Shown: piece by piece, positions 14,556 to 16,546 of the stretch
Position numbering within the stretch: position 1 is the stretch's first letter
How the letters are laid out: the number at the start of each line of letters is the position of its first letter
NCBI GenBank assembly: GCA_038042445.1
Contig: JBBTED010000155.1
Span: 1-16,546, forward strand
Source: Candidatus Firestoneibacteriota bacterium
GTDB lineage: Bacteria > Oederibacteriota > D2-FULL-39-29 > JBBTED01
Length of the DNA: 16,546 nt
Direction of reading: 5' to 3'
Program-made: the position numbers and the translations under genes
The notes under the pieces: generated by a model
Seen by the model: the letters and a program-made list of their open reading frames with translations, nothing else
Told to the model about the DNA's origin: nothing
Databases searched by the model: none

Positions 14556-16145
14556 TTACTCCACAAATTCAAAATTAACTATATCGTTTATTTGTATTTC
14601 TTTGTATTTTTTTATAATTTTGGCACGTGATTTTTCTTTTTCTACTTTTATTAATTGGATTTCTGCTGTTATTTCCATTTCTCCTTCTTTGTTTTCACTT
14701 TGCACTGTAACTTTATCACCCTCATTTAATTTATCCTGTGAACCTTTATCAATCATTATTTCATCCTGCTCTATACTTACAACCTTTCCTACTACACTTA
14801 TTTGATTGTTAATTCTCTCAACAAGTCCTTTTGTAGTTGCAGGCAGTTCCTCTTCTGAATCACATTCTCCAACTTCGCTTAATACTATTCTTCCCTTTTC
14901 AACATCTACTATACGAACATTTACTGCATATTGGTTTCCAAGTCTGTTTAAACTACCTACAATTATATAATGCACATTTAATAATCTACCCAATTCTACC
15001 GCGCATTTCGCGCTTGTGCATCCTGTTTGCTGTAATGCCTGCTCTTTTAATATTATTTCAATATTCTGGCGTTCTACAACGTCATACCTTTGTAACTTGA
15101 AAAATTCCAATCGTAAAAATTCTGCTACTGTTGAAGATAACATCTCAGATACATTGTTTGCAGATAAATCAAGAATTGCAATTGCCATTCTTTTTACACC
15201 ACTTGGTAGTGAAAGGACAACTTTTGTAAGAGGACGTTCAATTTTGGATGTTCCAAATTTATATGTAAGCTGTAATGAATGTGAACCATATACTCCCGTT
15301 ACACCTGTTATAGGGTACCTTAATGCATAGTCTACTTGTATATTTTCTGTATTATAGCTTGCTCCTGTGCTTAAATTATTTAAATTGCCTCCAATACGCA
15401 AATCAATATTTTGTGAAAATTTATATTCTGTACCTAATAAAAAATTAATATCCTGCTTCCCATTTATCTTCCTGTTCTTAATATTTACTTCTGCAATAGG
15501 TGTCCAATCTCCAAGTTTATATGAACTACCAATTTTTGTATTCAATTCTACCCTCTCTTCACCAGAAGAAGAATTTAATGCCATATCAGGACTATTTACA
15601 TTTTCAAGCATAGCACCTAATGTCCAAAATTTATTTATATATGCCAATATTCCTATGTCAAAACTAATACCTGTTTTTGAATATCCGTTATTAAGAAATA
15701 ATGGATCAATTTGTGTATACGAATTTTCAATATATTTTTTACTTAGCGATTTAATATTACCACCTGCATATACTAATGGTTTTTTAGTAATCTTTGTTCC
15801 ATAAGATAAGCTTATTATATATTCTCTGTATAATTCAGAATATGATTGTGAAACACTGGCTCCAAATATTCCCAAATCTCCTGCTGGCTGAATTGCTCCA
15901 ATATATCCATAATTCAAATTTACACCTAACCCTACACTTTGCTGGTCATATACACCTGTAATTTCTGTTCTATACAATCTCCCAAGACCTGCAGGATTAT
16001 AAAATAATGAATTTATATCATCTGCAATTGCAACATAAGCTCCACCTAAGCCTATAGGTCTTGCACCAGGTTTATCTGTAAAAGCACCATAGCAAATTGT
16101 AGTGAGCATTAAAAACACAGCCAATATTATTATAAAAGTTTTCAT
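14556..16145 (-). CDS. Fusion: PorV/PorQ-like (FadL-superfamily) outer-membrane barrel + CsgG/HfaB-like domain + FlgT C-terminal-like domain
   Basis: Barrel: GARPIGLGGAYVAIADDINSLFYNPAGL ending HSLQLTYKF. CsgG-like: AILDL...VVERQNIEIILKEQ...ELGRLLNVHYIIVGS...VRIVDVEKG. FlgT_C-like: GKVVSI...IDKGSQDKLNEGD. Confidence 0.8.
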   Translation of the reverse strand: MKTFIIILAVFLMLTTICYGAFTDKPGARPIGLGGAYVAIADDINSLFYNPAGLGRLYRTEITGVYDQQSVGLGVNLNYGYIGAIQPAGDLGIFGASVSQSYSELYREYIISLSYGTKITKKPLVYAGGNIKSLSKKYIENSYTQIDPLFLNNGYSKTGISFDIGILAYINKFWTLGAMLENVNSPDMALNSSSGEERVELNTKIGSSYKLGDWTPIAEVNIKNRKINGKQDINFLLGTEYKFSQNIDLRIGGNLNNLSTGASYNTENIQVDYALRYPITGVTGVYGSHSLQLTYKFGTSKIERPLTKVVLSLPSGVKRMAIAILDLSANNVSEMLSSTVAEFLRLEFFKLQRYDVVERQNIEIILKEQALQQTGCTSAKCAVELGRLLNVHYIIVGSLNRLGNQYAVNVRIVDVEKGRIVLSEVGECDSEEELPATTKGLVERINNQISVVGKVVSIEQDEIMIDKGSQDKLNEGDKVTVQSENKEGEMEITAEIQLIKVEKEKSRAKIIKKYKEIQINDIVNFEFVE

Positions 16146-16163
16146 ATCCTACGTTATATTATA

Positions 16164-16180
16164 CGCAAATTCTATGCCAA
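16164..16180 (-). promoter_or_regulatory. Sigma54 (-24/-12) promoter
   Basis: Minus strand TTGGCATAGAATTTGCG, with GG (16178-16177) and GC (16166-16165) at canonical spacing, just upstream of ATG 16145. Confidence 0.78.
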
Positions 16181-16214
16181 TTTTCACAAAAAAGCAAACA
16201 TATTTACATTTTTA

Positions 16215-16345
16215 CAGAAATTCCCCAAATAGACTTTTTGTCACCCTGAACTTGTTTCAGGGTCTTAAAACCCCTTGACTTTATTAGATGCTGAAATAAA
16301 TTCAGCATGACAAAACTGCAAAAATACCATTTTGGGGAATTTCTA
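16215..16345. mobile_element. ~130-bp MITE-like shell with 14-bp perfect TIRs enclosing REP copy 2
   Basis: AGAAATTCCCCAAA (16216-16229) and TTTGGGGAATTTCT (16331-16344). Flanks ACATTTTTA (16206-16214) and ACATTTTTT (16346-16354) resemble a 9-bp TSD with one mismatch. Confidence 0.6.
16239..16312. repeat. 74-bp GTCAT-type double-hairpin REP-like element, copy 2
   Basis: Same orientation as copy 1, with 7 substitutions including a compensatory T-A to C-G pair in the first stem. Confidence 0.9.
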
Positions 16346-16438
16346 ACATTTTTTAACAAAAATGATTGTTAATTCTACACTTATCCAATTATCTTACTTT
16401 ATTAGCTGACCACTTCTTAACAAAACATTCACCATAAC

Positions 16439-16477
16439 TATGGAAGTGATTCCATACACTATGGAATTACTTCCATA
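16439..16477. promoter_or_regulatory. Tandem dyad sites TATGGAA-N4-TTCCATA x2, candidate enhancer (UAS) for a sigma54 activator
   Basis: TATGGAAGTGATTCCATA (16439-16456) and TATGGAATTACTTCCATA (16460-16477), with a 21-bp period. Confidence 0.55.
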
Positions 16478-16492
16478 ATGAAATTTTTTATA

Positions 16493-16545
16493 GTAGGGGC
16501 TGGCTTGCCAGCCCTTAATTATTGGGCGGATAAATCCGCCCCTAC
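16493..16545. repeat. Second GTAG-type REP doublet
   Basis: GTAGGGGCTGGCTTGCCAGCCC and, inverted, GTAGGGGCGGATTTATCCGCCC. Confidence 0.8.
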
Positions 16546-16546
16546 G

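Overview
This is an AT-rich bacterial window using the standard genetic code. It is probably from a diderm, since it encodes Omp85-like and PorV-like barrels and a T9SS-type sorting tail. It has three parts. (1) 1-~5277 is the right end of an integrated accessory island. Its junction falls exactly at the 7-nt anticodon loop of a minus-strand tRNA-Gly(CCC) gene, leaving only the 5' half behind an intact sigma70 promoter. The island carries an XRE repressor with a divergent promoter, a Cas4/RecB-like PD-(D/E)XK nuclease, an RHH-like protein, a pentapeptide-repeat protein and a duplicated regulatory module. It also carries a three-gene operon (DUF6941-like + degenerate MNT-like + HEPN), a candidate tripartite toxin-antitoxin or defence system. 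(2) 5388-12159 is mostly host backbone: recX-alaS, a RelE/YafQ-type TA pair, and a phasin-like gene, a POTRA-less Omp85-like barrel and an ABC1/UbiB kinase. (3) 12438-16145 is a minus-strand operon behind a sigma54-type promoter. It encodes a PorV-like barrel fused to CsgG- and FlgT_C-like domains, and a 7-repeat secreted protein with a T9SS type-B-like tail. The intergenic spaces hold several families of REP/MITE-like palindromes, including nested elements with target-site duplications. All family assignments come from motif recognition by eye; no database searches were run.
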